This document shows positions 36,696 to 45,992 of a stretch of 64,000 nucleotides of DNA, in pieces; position 1 is the stretch's first letter, and each line of letters starts with the position of its first letter. The notes under the pieces are model-generated. The model had not been told where the DNA came from and made no database searches. It was given only the letters and a program-made list of their open reading frames with translations. The DNA is taken from IMG/VR virus record IMGVR_UViG_3300032007_000067, positions 1 to 64,000 of that record; one strand, 5' to 3'. Position numbers and translations under genes: made by a program. This DNA is from a virus (Duplodnaviria; Caudoviricetes).

Positions 36696-37027
36696 TGTGT
36701 TCCCACGTCATTTATATAAGGCGAACGGGTGATAATGGCATAAAGACTGTTATCCTGAGTAAACATCTGCAAATAATTAAACCCGTTTGCATTGTCAGAC
36801 AGGCTTATCGCCCTGAAATTCAAAAAAGACTGCATCCAGTAGGCCGTTCCGTATGCCCACCCGCTTGATCCGGAATACTTGTCAGGAGCAATACCGGTTA
36901 CGGATACCCCACAGATATAAAGAGAGTTATGCCATGTTACCACGTCAAGAGGTTTGTATGTTACAGTTGCGTCATATTCGCCTTTAAACGTCAGTTGCAG
37001 ATTAACCTTTTTGCTCGCCGTTGTCAT
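36677..37027 (-). CDS. Small tail-associated protein
   Basis: LTFKGEYDATVTYKPLDVVTW, the same repeat as the N-terminus of 35338-36483. Confidence 0.65.
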   Translation of the reverse strand: MTTASKKVNLQLTFKGEYDATVTYKPLDVVTWHNSLYICGVSVTGIAPDKYSGSSGWAYGTAYWMQSFLNFRAISLSDNANGFNYLQMFTQDNSLYAIITRSPYINDVGTQCSKIF

Positions 37028-37028
37028 G

Positions 37029-40000
37029 CTACACCTCGTATGTTCTTATAAGATAACCCGTATCTTCTCCGGTTCCGGCAGAATAAACCGTGTGATAATC
37101 GGACGGGGTTGTTACTTCAAGTTCGCCGTTTACAATGGCAAAGGTTGTCGGATTTCTTGTGTTCATTGTCACAGTAAGCTGTCCGGTTGTCAGGTTCATT
37201 CCAAACTCCATCACAAGATCCGGCAATTCACCCTCAAACACCACTTTTTGTATGCTGGCCACACTGTCTCTTTCAGACCACACTTCAATTTTAGCATAAT
37301 CCTCAATATCGCACGGTACAATGATATCGTAACTGCTTGTATTCGGAGACACGTCAGACACGGAATAAATACTGCCGGAACGGTTGCTGATGCCGACTTT
37401 GTAAACCGTACCCGTTTCAACTGCAACCCCGTCAGTGTCAATCCACAGCATGTAATCATCAGCGATCTGAGTGAGACGGTTCCGGTTTTTCCACGTCATA
37501 TTGCCCCGATGATACCAGTCAACTGCTCCCATTTGCGGGAAAAATACTCCGCCGATCTTCACACATGCCGGAGGATAAGGACGATAACAACGTGCGTCAA
37601 ACACCACATTCTGAGTATTGGTAGCCGTCAGATCGGCAAGTGTGTTTCCTGACATGACAGCAACTTTGATCATGTAGTTTTCACCGCCGGTAAACTCATC
37701 ATCATTGCAGATTGAACTGTTATTCAGATTTGCAATAAACAATACCGCACCGGGCTTATGTATTGCGGGAACGGTATCAAACAAACCACGGCTTATCTGA
37801 ACGGTTTTGTAATACGGATCAATCTCTCCGATTCCGACAATTTCATCATCAATAAATCCGACACACCCGTCTGCCACCGAAACAGAACTCAAATTACTGC
37901 CGTTTTCATATCTCATGGACGTTGCAAGCTGGGAGATCTCGTTTACAAGCACACATGACGGAACAAAATCTTCTTTGTTTACTGAGCCGATATAATTAAA
38001 AGACGTGCCGTTTGAGGTAAGATATTCCTCGGCAGAATCAACCTTGACGGTATTGTATGCAGACACAAACACCCCCAGTTTTCCGGCGGTTTTATCATCA
38101 TTCAGCATACCGTCCGGATCCTGTTCAAGTTTGTAAAGAACGTAATAAGGAAGCTCTGTTGCTTTTACATAATCAAAGTTTGTAGTGATTGCGGGAGCGG
38201 TAATCACCGGAGTTCCGCCCGCAGTATAACCGGCAGAATCCGGCATAAAGAATTTGTCCTGAACAAGTTCCATTTGCACATTATTGCTTGAAGAACCGCC
38301 GTAATTGATTTTCAGGATTCTGAATACGGAGTTTTCAATTCCGAGATGCGGGAAATCAAGTATAATACAATCGCCGAGATTAAGCGTTCTGCCCTGTAAA
38401 CCCACGGTAAGCGAACATGTTAAAAACTGACTGGCGTTTTCATAAAGATCCCTCTGAGCAAGTTTTACGGCGGTATCCTTCCAGTACACATACGGATAGT
38501 CAAAATCTGCATTTATCGGTTCACCTTGCTGTTGAAGAAGGGCGAGATCCTGATAAACAAGGCTTGCATCCTCACCCGTTTCCCAGTTTTTGTATTTGAT
38601 TGTTACCTGATTTACACATTCACTTAATGCGGTTCTTTTCACGTCTTTGATTTCAAGAACGTTGTCTGAATTAAACGTCAGAAGATCATCAGTGTCGTAA
38701 TCGTCTCTGAAAAGTTTTAATTGCACAAGACCGGTGGATCTGTCAACTCTTAACACCCCGCCGATAATCCTCAGCACATCGGAAATAAAATCGGAGACTT
38801 TATCATCGGATTCAAACACAAAACTGATACCTAACTGTTCGGCATAAAGGGTATCAGCCGCCGCCCGGAAATTTGCATCGTCAATTACACTTGCGTCCTT
38901 GCCGAGTCCCCATACCTTGCTGGTGATGGCTTCTCTTATGGCATGAGCGGGGTTGTAATCAAGCTGTGAACCGTCATAATCGGCAAGTTCAAAACTTCTG
39001 ACAAAGCGGATCACATAAGTTCCGCAGAACCCGATCATGTAGGATCTTGTCATGACAAAGCAACATTCCGTATCTTCTGCATACGGTAACAGACTTTCAT
39101 ACGTTCCGATCACAACATTTTCAAGGTTTTTCTGAGAGGTGATATTGTTGATTCTGACAATGACATCATCGCCGTTATGAACCATAAGATAGGCAATACC
39201 CTTGTCGGTATCAACACCGAACGCCAGAACCGTATCGCCTGAATCAAACGTTCCCTGACTTGCGTAAAACGTCATGCCGTATCCGGTATTTGCGGTATTG
39301 TTTACCGGTTTTACACCTTGAACCGTATAATTACTGCCTGATTTGTTTCCGCAATAACAGGCACGACCGTCCGTAAATACAATGTAAGAGGATGCAGAGG
39401 TGGTGTTTCCGAAATTACCGCTCACCACATTGTAAACAGTTTCCCGTCCGAAATGTCCGGTTTCTCTTGCTTCTTCAACACCCAATACCCAGTTTAACTG
39501 TGTTCCGGTGCTGTTGTTTGTCGGTCTTTTGAATATCCAGTAGCCGTTGTTGTAGCTTATATCCGATCTTGCATTTATTGTTCTCGGAAAATCTGTGAGA
39601 TCGCCTTTGATCGGTTCGTTGGTGTAAGGGGAGTTGGTGAAGTAGGTATCCTTGTCATAATAAGTCTGTCCGTAAACCGGAAGCAGAATTTTAACCGGAG
39701 TCAAAACTTCTGTATAGATCACCCCTCCCCAGCCTTCCTGAGTGAGTGAATACCGGTTGTGTGTATAAGTCTGCCCCTTTCCGGAAACAACCGAAAGATC
39801 CTTTGCGCTGAACGTATCCACAGTAGCGGATTGCCCTTTTTCAAGGGTAGTGTAGGTATCGTGAGTACCCACGGCATACCCGTAAAGCTCATCGGTTCCG
39901 AGATTACTGGATACACGCCAGTATTGCCCCGTGTTTTTCTTTGCCTGTAAACGGGAGCCGTCAGAACTGCTATCATGAGCAATGGTGGCTTTTTCCCGAT

Positions 40001-40412
40001 ACCAGTTTTCGGAATAATCGTAATTACATAAGGTGCTTTTAATTCTGAAATGCCACGGTTTTGCATAGGGAGACTGCCCGATATAGAAGTCTTTAGCCAC
40101 TATGCTGAGAATACCCCGGCATGCAGAAACAAGTTCTTTTGTTTTATCCGCAAGGTATTGAGATTTTTCCTGGAGAAGATAACCGAATCTTGCCTCGCAG
40201 GATCCGGAAACACCGCCTTCGGATTTATCCCCGCCAAAAAGGTTTGGAGCGTCTATACTGAAAATTTTGCTTTGAGTTATAGGTTCGTTATAGGCGAGTT
40301 CGTCATTTATTTTGATACTGACAATAGCATCCACAGGAGCCATGCAGATCGCCTGTTCAAAGGTTGCGTAATATTTGACGGGGGTGCTTCCCTTATTCTT
40401 TTTGCTTCCCAT
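37029..40412 (-). CDS. Central tail tip/hub protein
   Basis: DYNPAHAIRE, DD..F..AAD.LY.E..GISF, VDR.TGL..L.L.R.DY, RCYRPYPP. Confidence 0.85.
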   Translation of the reverse strand: MGSKKNKGSTPVKYYATFEQAICMAPVDAIVSIKINDELAYNEPITQSKIFSIDAPNLFGGDKSEGGVSGSCEARFGYLLQEKSQYLADKTKELVSACRGILSIVAKDFYIGQSPYAKPWHFRIKSTLCNYDYSENWYREKATIAHDSSSDGSRLQAKKNTGQYWRVSSNLGTDELYGYAVGTHDTYTTLEKGQSATVDTFSAKDLSVVSGKGQTYTHNRYSLTQEGWGGVIYTEVLTPVKILLPVYGQTYYDKDTYFTNSPYTNEPIKGDLTDFPRTINARSDISYNNGYWIFKRPTNNSTGTQLNWVLGVEEARETGHFGRETVYNVVSGNFGNTTSASSYIVFTDGRACYCGNKSGSNYTVQGVKPVNNTANTGYGMTFYASQGTFDSGDTVLAFGVDTDKGIAYLMVHNGDDVIVRINNITSQKNLENVVIGTYESLLPYAEDTECCFVMTRSYMIGFCGTYVIRFVRSFELADYDGSQLDYNPAHAIREAITSKVWGLGKDASVIDDANFRAAADTLYAEQLGISFVFESDDKVSDFISDVLRIIGGVLRVDRSTGLVQLKLFRDDYDTDDLLTFNSDNVLEIKDVKRTALSECVNQVTIKYKNWETGEDASLVYQDLALLQQQGEPINADFDYPYVYWKDTAVKLAQRDLYENASQFLTCSLTVGLQGRTLNLGDCIILDFPHLGIENSVFRILKINYGGSSSNNVQMELVQDKFFMPDSAGYTAGGTPVITAPAITTNFDYVKATELPYYVLYKLEQDPDGMLNDDKTAGKLGVFVSAYNTVKVDSAEEYLTSNGTSFNYIGSVNKEDFVPSCVLVNEISQLATSMRYENGSNLSSVSVADGCVGFIDDEIVGIGEIDPYYKTVQISRGLFDTVPAIHKPGAVLFIANLNNSSICNDDEFTGGENYMIKVAVMSGNTLADLTATNTQNVVFDARCYRPYPPACVKIGGVFFPQMGAVDWYHRGNMTWKNRNRLTQIADDYMLWIDTDGVAVETGTVYKVGISNRSGSIYSVSDVSPNTSSYDIIVPCDIEDYAKIEVWSERDSVASIQKVVFEGELPDLVMEFGMNLTTGQLTVTMNTRNPTTFAIVNGELEVTTPSDYHTVYSAGTGEDTGYLIRTYEV

Positions 40413-40419
40413 ATATCCC

Positions 40420-40662
40420 TCATTCTTCGGAAATATCCGCACTCATTGTATCTGCAAGGTTATCCGCATCGGTGGCAAAATCATCAAGAGTGCCCACCCT
40501 GATAAGCTGATTAACATAATAGTCATTCGGCAAGGTGTCAGAATCTACTCCGTGTCTCACAAAACTTTTGTAATCCACGCCGTTTCTTTTGCACCATTCC
40601 TTTACGCCTTTAAGACAGTATCCGGCTTTCCGGCAGGACTCAACCGTAATCAGCATATTCAA
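40420..40662 (-). CDS. Small tail assembly protein
   Basis: GYC.KG.K.W..R.G.DY..F...G; position between the tail tip genes. Confidence 0.7.
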   Translation of the reverse strand: MNMLITVESCRKAGYCLKGVKEWCKRNGVDYKSFVRHGVDSDTLPNDYYVNQLIRVGTLDDFATDADNLADTMSADISEE

Positions 40663-40874
40663 CCTCCGGTAGTGTAGGAATCAACCCACGCCGTAATCTG
40701 AGAACTTGTAACCCATGCCGTTCCCCGGACAACTGCAATCTTGCGTCCTTCTTCCGAAGTGGGTGTATCCACATCAGCATTGTTATTGCTTGTTTTCGGA
40801 GTTTTCATGACAAGACAGATCGCCACAAGTGCCACAACCAAAGCAATTACCGCAATTATCCCCGCTGTTCCCAT
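40659..40874 (-). CDS. Small tail assembly protein
   Basis: Hydrophobic N-terminus followed by PTSEEGRKI.VV.GT.W. Confidence 0.7.
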   Translation of the reverse strand: MGTAGIIAVIALVVALVAICLVMKTPKTSNNNADVDTPTSEEGRKIAVVRGTAWVTSSQITAWVDSYTTGG

Positions 40875-40878
40875 TTTA

Positions 40879-41736
40879 TCACCCGTTCTTCTGTTCGTTC
40901 ACATAATCCCGCATTAACTGAGAATTGTCTTTAAGGTTTGTCTGAGCCAGCGGGTTTCTTTCAGTCGGGTTTTCCAAAGGCAAAAGAGTAAACCCGCCGT
41001 AATTATCATCGTTGTTAAATCTGTTTCTGCAAGTCTCAATGGTTCTGTCGCACCCCTGATAGACCATAACGGTGGCATATCCGTCAACGGGTTGCAGATA
41101 ACTTGCATAAACAGGACGTGACACAGTGATTATATTGTTTTCGTAATCAACCATACGAATAAAAAATAAAGCCTTGTTAGGCATAGAAATTATACCACCA
41201 TCAATGTTATCGGGCAAATCAGCCGCACTTTTCAAACGATAATCATCAAGTCTTGTCCAGTTGGAAACATAGCTTATATGAGCATGATCTTCTTTGTTTA
41301 CCTTGCATTGTTCACCGTACAGGGCGAACGGGCATTGCCTCTGATAAACAAGTCGCATTGCTCCCCTTTGCGTGTCATACAGCACATTTGTGAATGACAG
41401 GGTAGCCTCCTTCACCGAAAATTCTATTGTGCTTAACGTTCCGACAAACTCGGTTTCCACATCTCCGGTTGCCACATAATACCGCAGAATTTTCAGGGTT
41501 GTCAGATAAGCGTCATACTGTTTCAGGATACTCTGAATGTAATCGGTCTGAACGGATATTTTGACCGAGCATTTACTTTTTGTAACCTCGTCAGAATCAT
41601 GCTCCAAAGCGTCATGAGACACCGGAACCGCACTGTAAAGATTATCATCGTACAGAAGATCCCGATTGGCATTGGTGTAAAAATATTTTTGTTCCCCGTT
41701 GTCAACGGCATAAAGAAAAACCACTCTTGCAAACAT
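40879..41736 (-). CDS. Minor tail protein, DUF2163/BR0599-like (Fe-S cysteines)
   Basis: YQRQCPFALYG..C, GCD.T..TC..RFNN..NYGGF. Confidence 0.85.
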   Translation of the reverse strand: MFARVVFLYAVDNGEQKYFYTNANRDLLYDDNLYSAVPVSHDALEHDSDEVTKSKCSVKISVQTDYIQSILKQYDAYLTTLKILRYYVATGDVETEFVGTLSTIEFSVKEATLSFTNVLYDTQRGAMRLVYQRQCPFALYGEQCKVNKEDHAHISYVSNWTRLDDYRLKSAADLPDNIDGGIISMPNKALFFIRMVDYENNIITVSRPVYASYLQPVDGYATVMVYQGCDRTIETCRNRFNNDDNYGGFTLLPLENPTERNPLAQTNLKDNSQLMRDYVNEQKNG

Positions 41737-41748
41737 AACCCGTCCTTA

Positions 41749-44700
41749 TTATTCTGTTATCTGAACCGCCGGAAGTCTTTCATTCTGCAATTTTGTCATG
41801 ACCGCCTCGGCGTCAAAATCTCCCTGATAATGTTCGTTTTCATACGCTTTTATACAGGAAATATATCTTGACCAGCCGTTAGCCTGTCTGTTACCGCCAT
41901 AATACAAAGTCCCCCATATTGCCCCCTGTCCGGTTCCCGCCTGTTCCATAAAATGCTTGCAGTAATACTCAACATAACCCTTAAACAGACTTGCAATTCC
42001 GCTGATATTCCCCGAAAGTCCGTCAACGGTAACGTTTTTGCGGTTGTATGCAAATTTTGATTTGTACTGATTCCACCATTGTTCAACGGTCTGATATTCC
42101 TTGCCGTTTATCCACACCTTTTCGATCTGCTGAATACTTGAATAGGCGTAATACCCGCCACTGTTAAGAATATTTGTCATAGAAAACTGTACCACTACAT
42201 GAACCGGATTCACATTTGGAGACATATCGGATCTTTGCGGGGTGAGGTGTATCTGATACGGATCAATGCCATCGGGTTCGGGTATGACGCCATCACGATA
42301 ACCCAGTACATAATTGTTCTGATTTATTCTCTGATTCCACTGAGACCAGTAATCACAGCCGGATCTGACAACAAGCCCAAAAACTGCGGAATAACTTGTA
42401 TATTCCGAATTTGCAGGCACTTGATAATCGGAATACAGATCATAATTTTGCAACCATCCGATTTCCATGCTCCACATCTGCATGTGCCGTGAGTCATACT
42501 GACATGTATCTCTGTAAGCAGAACGGTCATATTCCGCAAAACAGAAGTTTACAGGCGGGTTCACCACAAATTCCACCTGTTTGATATGGTGTTCGTTAAG
42601 CCATCGTGTCATGTTTTTGGGAACCCGCAGATCTCCCGGAACTTCGGTTTTTCCCGAATCGCCCAAAAAGTCTATGCTGAACTGATAATCGGTGTAATAA
42701 GCATGTCCTCTGAAATAAAGCGAATTTCCCGTTCTGAGATAATCAAGGTTGTTATTGGAAGGCACAACTGCAATATTTCCGGCTCTTAATATGGTAACAT
42801 CATAGGGCTTGTAATCCCCGTCAGATACACTGTACCGGATTGCGCCTATATCGTTTACCACATCATAAGTCTGTGTTCCGGCATTATATTCCTGATGGCT
42901 CCCGATCCGGCTTTCAAAAAGCACACCTGTACGGTTAGGATAAACATAAAACCACCCGTGCCCGGAGACTCCGGTTTTAGGATCGGTAAGGGTAACGGTA
43001 TATAAGGTGTTTTCCACGGGATACTGAATCTCGGTTTTCTTGCTCCCGTCAGACCATGTTTTATTGCAGATATCCACCTCGGTACATTGTTTGAGTCCGA
43101 GGAAATACGGCGCAAACGGGTGAACGCTTTCAATGTTTTTCAGGGACAGTATTTTTGTGTTGCTCAGATTGTGTGTACCGTATCCCATCGTGAAATGAAC
43201 GGTATGATAATCCCCTAAAGTCCACTCATCTGCCACCGTATAAGATTCGTCAACCGTGAGACATTCTTCAACGAGTCTTAATCTGTGAAGATAATATGTA
43301 CGGGAAGGAAGATTAGTGCCTTTTCTTAAAGCCAAAGGATACACGCTGATTTCACCCGTTTCATTCCCCGCCATGTAGGTATCAAGCGGAGTCATGGCGG
43401 ATCTGACACCATTAACGTATGTTACAATTTTGTTATCCTGACTGCTTACACCTAAAGCAAAAGTTAAAGGTTCGCCGATATTGACGTAAACACCGCTCCC
43501 CATGTTACATGCCTCAACCGTGTACTGCCCGCCTGAAATCAGAATGTTTACCATAATCCCCCGTAACGGGAATATGCATTGTTTTGTCCACGACTGATCA
43601 TCACTGAGAACCATTGTGAACTCAAACCAGAAGTCATGGAACATCTGCATTTCAAACCGGATATTCGGGTGTAAACACCAGTGTATACTGTTTGTGATTG
43701 TGAGTCCGGTAGTATTTTTGGTGTATACGGGACTGGTGTTATTATTTCCGGAAAGCACCGGCTGATCTGCTGTAATTTCCACAGCCCGTCTGACACGGGG
43801 CGAATTTCCGGTTAAAAACTGAATAACGGAATATGTATCATAAGTTAATCCGGAAACACCGTTAAGAAAAGTCTGTCCCATTTGATCATTGTAATTTTTG
43901 AAATCCACAATGCATACTGTTGCATTGTCAAATTCACGTAATTTTGTCAGGGAATAATCATTGAGTTTGTATTCACGGTTCATTACCGACATTTCACCGG
44001 TATAGACATTTAAACCTTTTGCAAGTCTGAACTGCTGAACCGTACCGCCTCTTGCAATCTGATATTGCGGATAGTTCATTGCGCCGTCATAATCGGTAGT
44101 TCCGGCAAACCCGTGCTTGAACAAATCCCGTGAAGTTCCGCATAAAAGACCGTCACACAGGAAATACAATTTGCCGTTATGCCTTTGCACCGCCCATTCA
44201 TGCCAGCCAAATTCATCTCCGAACCACCGATTCATTTTCATGCTAATTTCAATATATCTTGTATTACCACCGGGACGCTTTTCCGCTCCGAGACAAATCC
44301 AGTAATACCCGTTTTTTCTGAAAAGATGAATACAGTAAGACGGCATATTACTGCTTAACAAATACCTTTCGGTATTTCCTTCGTATTCATCAAACTTGCC
44401 TTCCACCTGAAAAACAAAATCATCATCATCACCGATCAGGGATTTTCCCCATGCAGGTTTAAGAATCCATGAGTTTGAGCTGTTTACATCTTTAATGGCA
44501 TAGGTTCCGTCATATTTTCCGGGAACGATAAAACTTTGCCAGTCAGAATTATTGTTTACAATCTGATACCCCGGAGCGTTGGTATTTTCAAAAACGTACC
44601 CGTTTTCCGTAACCTTAAACAAATAAACCGTATTAACATCTCTTACCCTTCCCCATGTATCATCATAGTTTATCAGGGCAGAATCATAAAAGTCGGTTTC

Positions 44701-45861
44701 AATAAAACTGACATCGCAGTTCCACACAGTTTCATTATCGGCTGACACACCGGCAGAACCGAATGTAACAGAATCATCGGCAAGTCGGACAAAGTAAAGG
44801 ATCTGCACACTGTCAATATCCTTGTATTTAAAGGAAAAAGATTCTTCAAGAACAAGAGTGATAAACTCGCCGGAATAATCAGATTCGACCGGATTACCAT
44901 TATCGTCCTGTAATGCGATTACATGTGCATAGTTAGCAGTTTCATCAGTCTGAATGACAATATACGGTCTTGCCGTAAAGTCGTGTTTATTGTTGCGTAT
45001 GCGCAAATACGAGCCAACTGTATCACTTGCGTTTCCCGCTTTCTGAAAATCAGCCTGACCGGACGGCATAAAGCATGAATAAGTCATGCCCCACCGCCTT
45101 TTGATAAAGTTTCTGAAAACCGGAAGTTCGTTTTCCTTGCAGAATACCGTCACCCCGAAAGAGTTATACATGCGGTCAAAAAAGGTGAACCGATCACTCA
45201 CACCTATTTCGTAATCATTCTCCTGAACCGTCTGCCCCGCCTTTACGGTTACTTCGGAGCTGTCAGAAGTCACACTGAATCCGCACCATACATCATGTCC
45301 GAGATATTTTGTGTTCCAGTCGGACACGGCAGAAAATACCGGTCTCTTTGCTCTGAGTGTGAGATTGACCGCATAACACAAACTGTTAGCCTGTGTTATT
45401 TCGGGTTCACCCACAACCTCACACGGAAACAACGGCATAAGAACCGCCGAATCATATTCTACTGTGCTTTCAAATATCAAAGTCCCGTTTCTGACGGTTA
45501 CTTCAACAACTGTCCATACCGCATCGGATACATACAGAACGCCGTATTGAGTTTCCGCAAAGTTTGTCATTGTTACCGGAAATTCGTTATCCCCGCTGAC
45601 TATTGTGTTCAGCGCATGACCGGCTGACCAGTCAGGAACCCATACAGAATCCACATTACCCGCCTTATGGATTTGGCTGTTAAGGTTCAGTGCTTCTTTC
45701 AGATCGGATACAAGGAAACTGTACCCGAACGACATGCGGGGAATATCCCTCTGAGCGATCCTGTCCTCTTTGTTTCCGTAACTTGCAAGCACGTCAGTTT
45801 TGTATTCATAGGTTGTACTTGCGTTCAGTACCGGTCTTTTTATCAGATAAAAATCAGTCAT
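41749..45861 (-). CDS. Large tail protein: Dit-like N-terminus extended by LamG/ConA-like domains
   Basis: YEYKTDVL.S....EDR...R..PR.SF; directly after the tape measure gene; WHEWAVQR..GKLY...DG and ..IVTYVNG lectin-like segments. Confidence 0.7.
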   Translation of the reverse strand: MTDFYLIKRPVLNASTTYEYKTDVLASYGNKEDRIAQRDIPRMSFGYSFLVSDLKEALNLNSQIHKAGNVDSVWVPDWSAGHALNTIVSGDNEFPVTMTNFAETQYGVLYVSDAVWTVVEVTVRNGTLIFESTVEYDSAVLMPLFPCEVVGEPEITQANSLCYAVNLTLRAKRPVFSAVSDWNTKYLGHDVWCGFSVTSDSSEVTVKAGQTVQENDYEIGVSDRFTFFDRMYNSFGVTVFCKENELPVFRNFIKRRWGMTYSCFMPSGQADFQKAGNASDTVGSYLRIRNNKHDFTARPYIVIQTDETANYAHVIALQDDNGNPVESDYSGEFITLVLEESFSFKYKDIDSVQILYFVRLADDSVTFGSAGVSADNETVWNCDVSFIETDFYDSALINYDDTWGRVRDVNTVYLFKVTENGYVFENTNAPGYQIVNNNSDWQSFIVPGKYDGTYAIKDVNSSNSWILKPAWGKSLIGDDDDFVFQVEGKFDEYEGNTERYLLSSNMPSYCIHLFRKNGYYWICLGAEKRPGGNTRYIEISMKMNRWFGDEFGWHEWAVQRHNGKLYFLCDGLLCGTSRDLFKHGFAGTTDYDGAMNYPQYQIARGGTVQQFRLAKGLNVYTGEMSVMNREYKLNDYSLTKLREFDNATVCIVDFKNYNDQMGQTFLNGVSGLTYDTYSVIQFLTGNSPRVRRAVEITADQPVLSGNNNTSPVYTKNTTGLTITNSIHWCLHPNIRFEMQMFHDFWFEFTMVLSDDQSWTKQCIFPLRGIMVNILISGGQYTVEACNMGSGVYVNIGEPLTFALGVSSQDNKIVTYVNGVRSAMTPLDTYMAGNETGEISVYPLALRKGTNLPSRTYYLHRLRLVEECLTVDESYTVADEWTLGDYHTVHFTMGYGTHNLSNTKILSLKNIESVHPFAPYFLGLKQCTEVDICNKTWSDGSKKTEIQYPVENTLYTVTLTDPKTGVSGHGWFYVYPNRTGVLFESRIGSHQEYNAGTQTYDVVNDIGAIRYSVSDGDYKPYDVTILRAGNIAVVPSNNNLDYLRTGNSLYFRGHAYYTDYQFSIDFLGDSGKTEVPGDLRVPKNMTRWLNEHHIKQVEFVVNPPVNFCFAEYDRSAYRDTCQYDSRHMQMWSMEIGWLQNYDLYSDYQVPANSEYTSYSAVFGLVVRSGCDYWSQWNQRINQNNYVLGYRDGVIPEPDGIDPYQIHLTPQRSDMSPNVNPVHVVVQFSMTNILNSGGYYAYSSIQQIEKVWINGKEYQTVEQWWNQYKSKFAYNRKNVTVDGLSGNISGIASLFKGYVEYYCKHFMEQAGTGQGAIWGTLYYGGNRQANGWSRYISCIKAYENEHYQGDFDAEAVMTKLQNERLPAVQITE

Positions 45862-45940
45862 GACATTCCCCGATTATTTGATTGCCCTGTATATACTATC
45901 ACATGAATAAGCCTTATAATTATACCTGTTTTGCAGAAAT

Positions 45941-45964
45941 AAAAAAAGGGCGGTTTCCCGCCCT
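45941..45964 (-). terminator. Intrinsic terminator after the tape measure gene
   Basis: AGGGCGG/CCGCCCT stem followed by a T tract. Confidence 0.7.
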
Positions 45965-45992
45965 CATATCAACCTGTCATGCACTCATGTGA

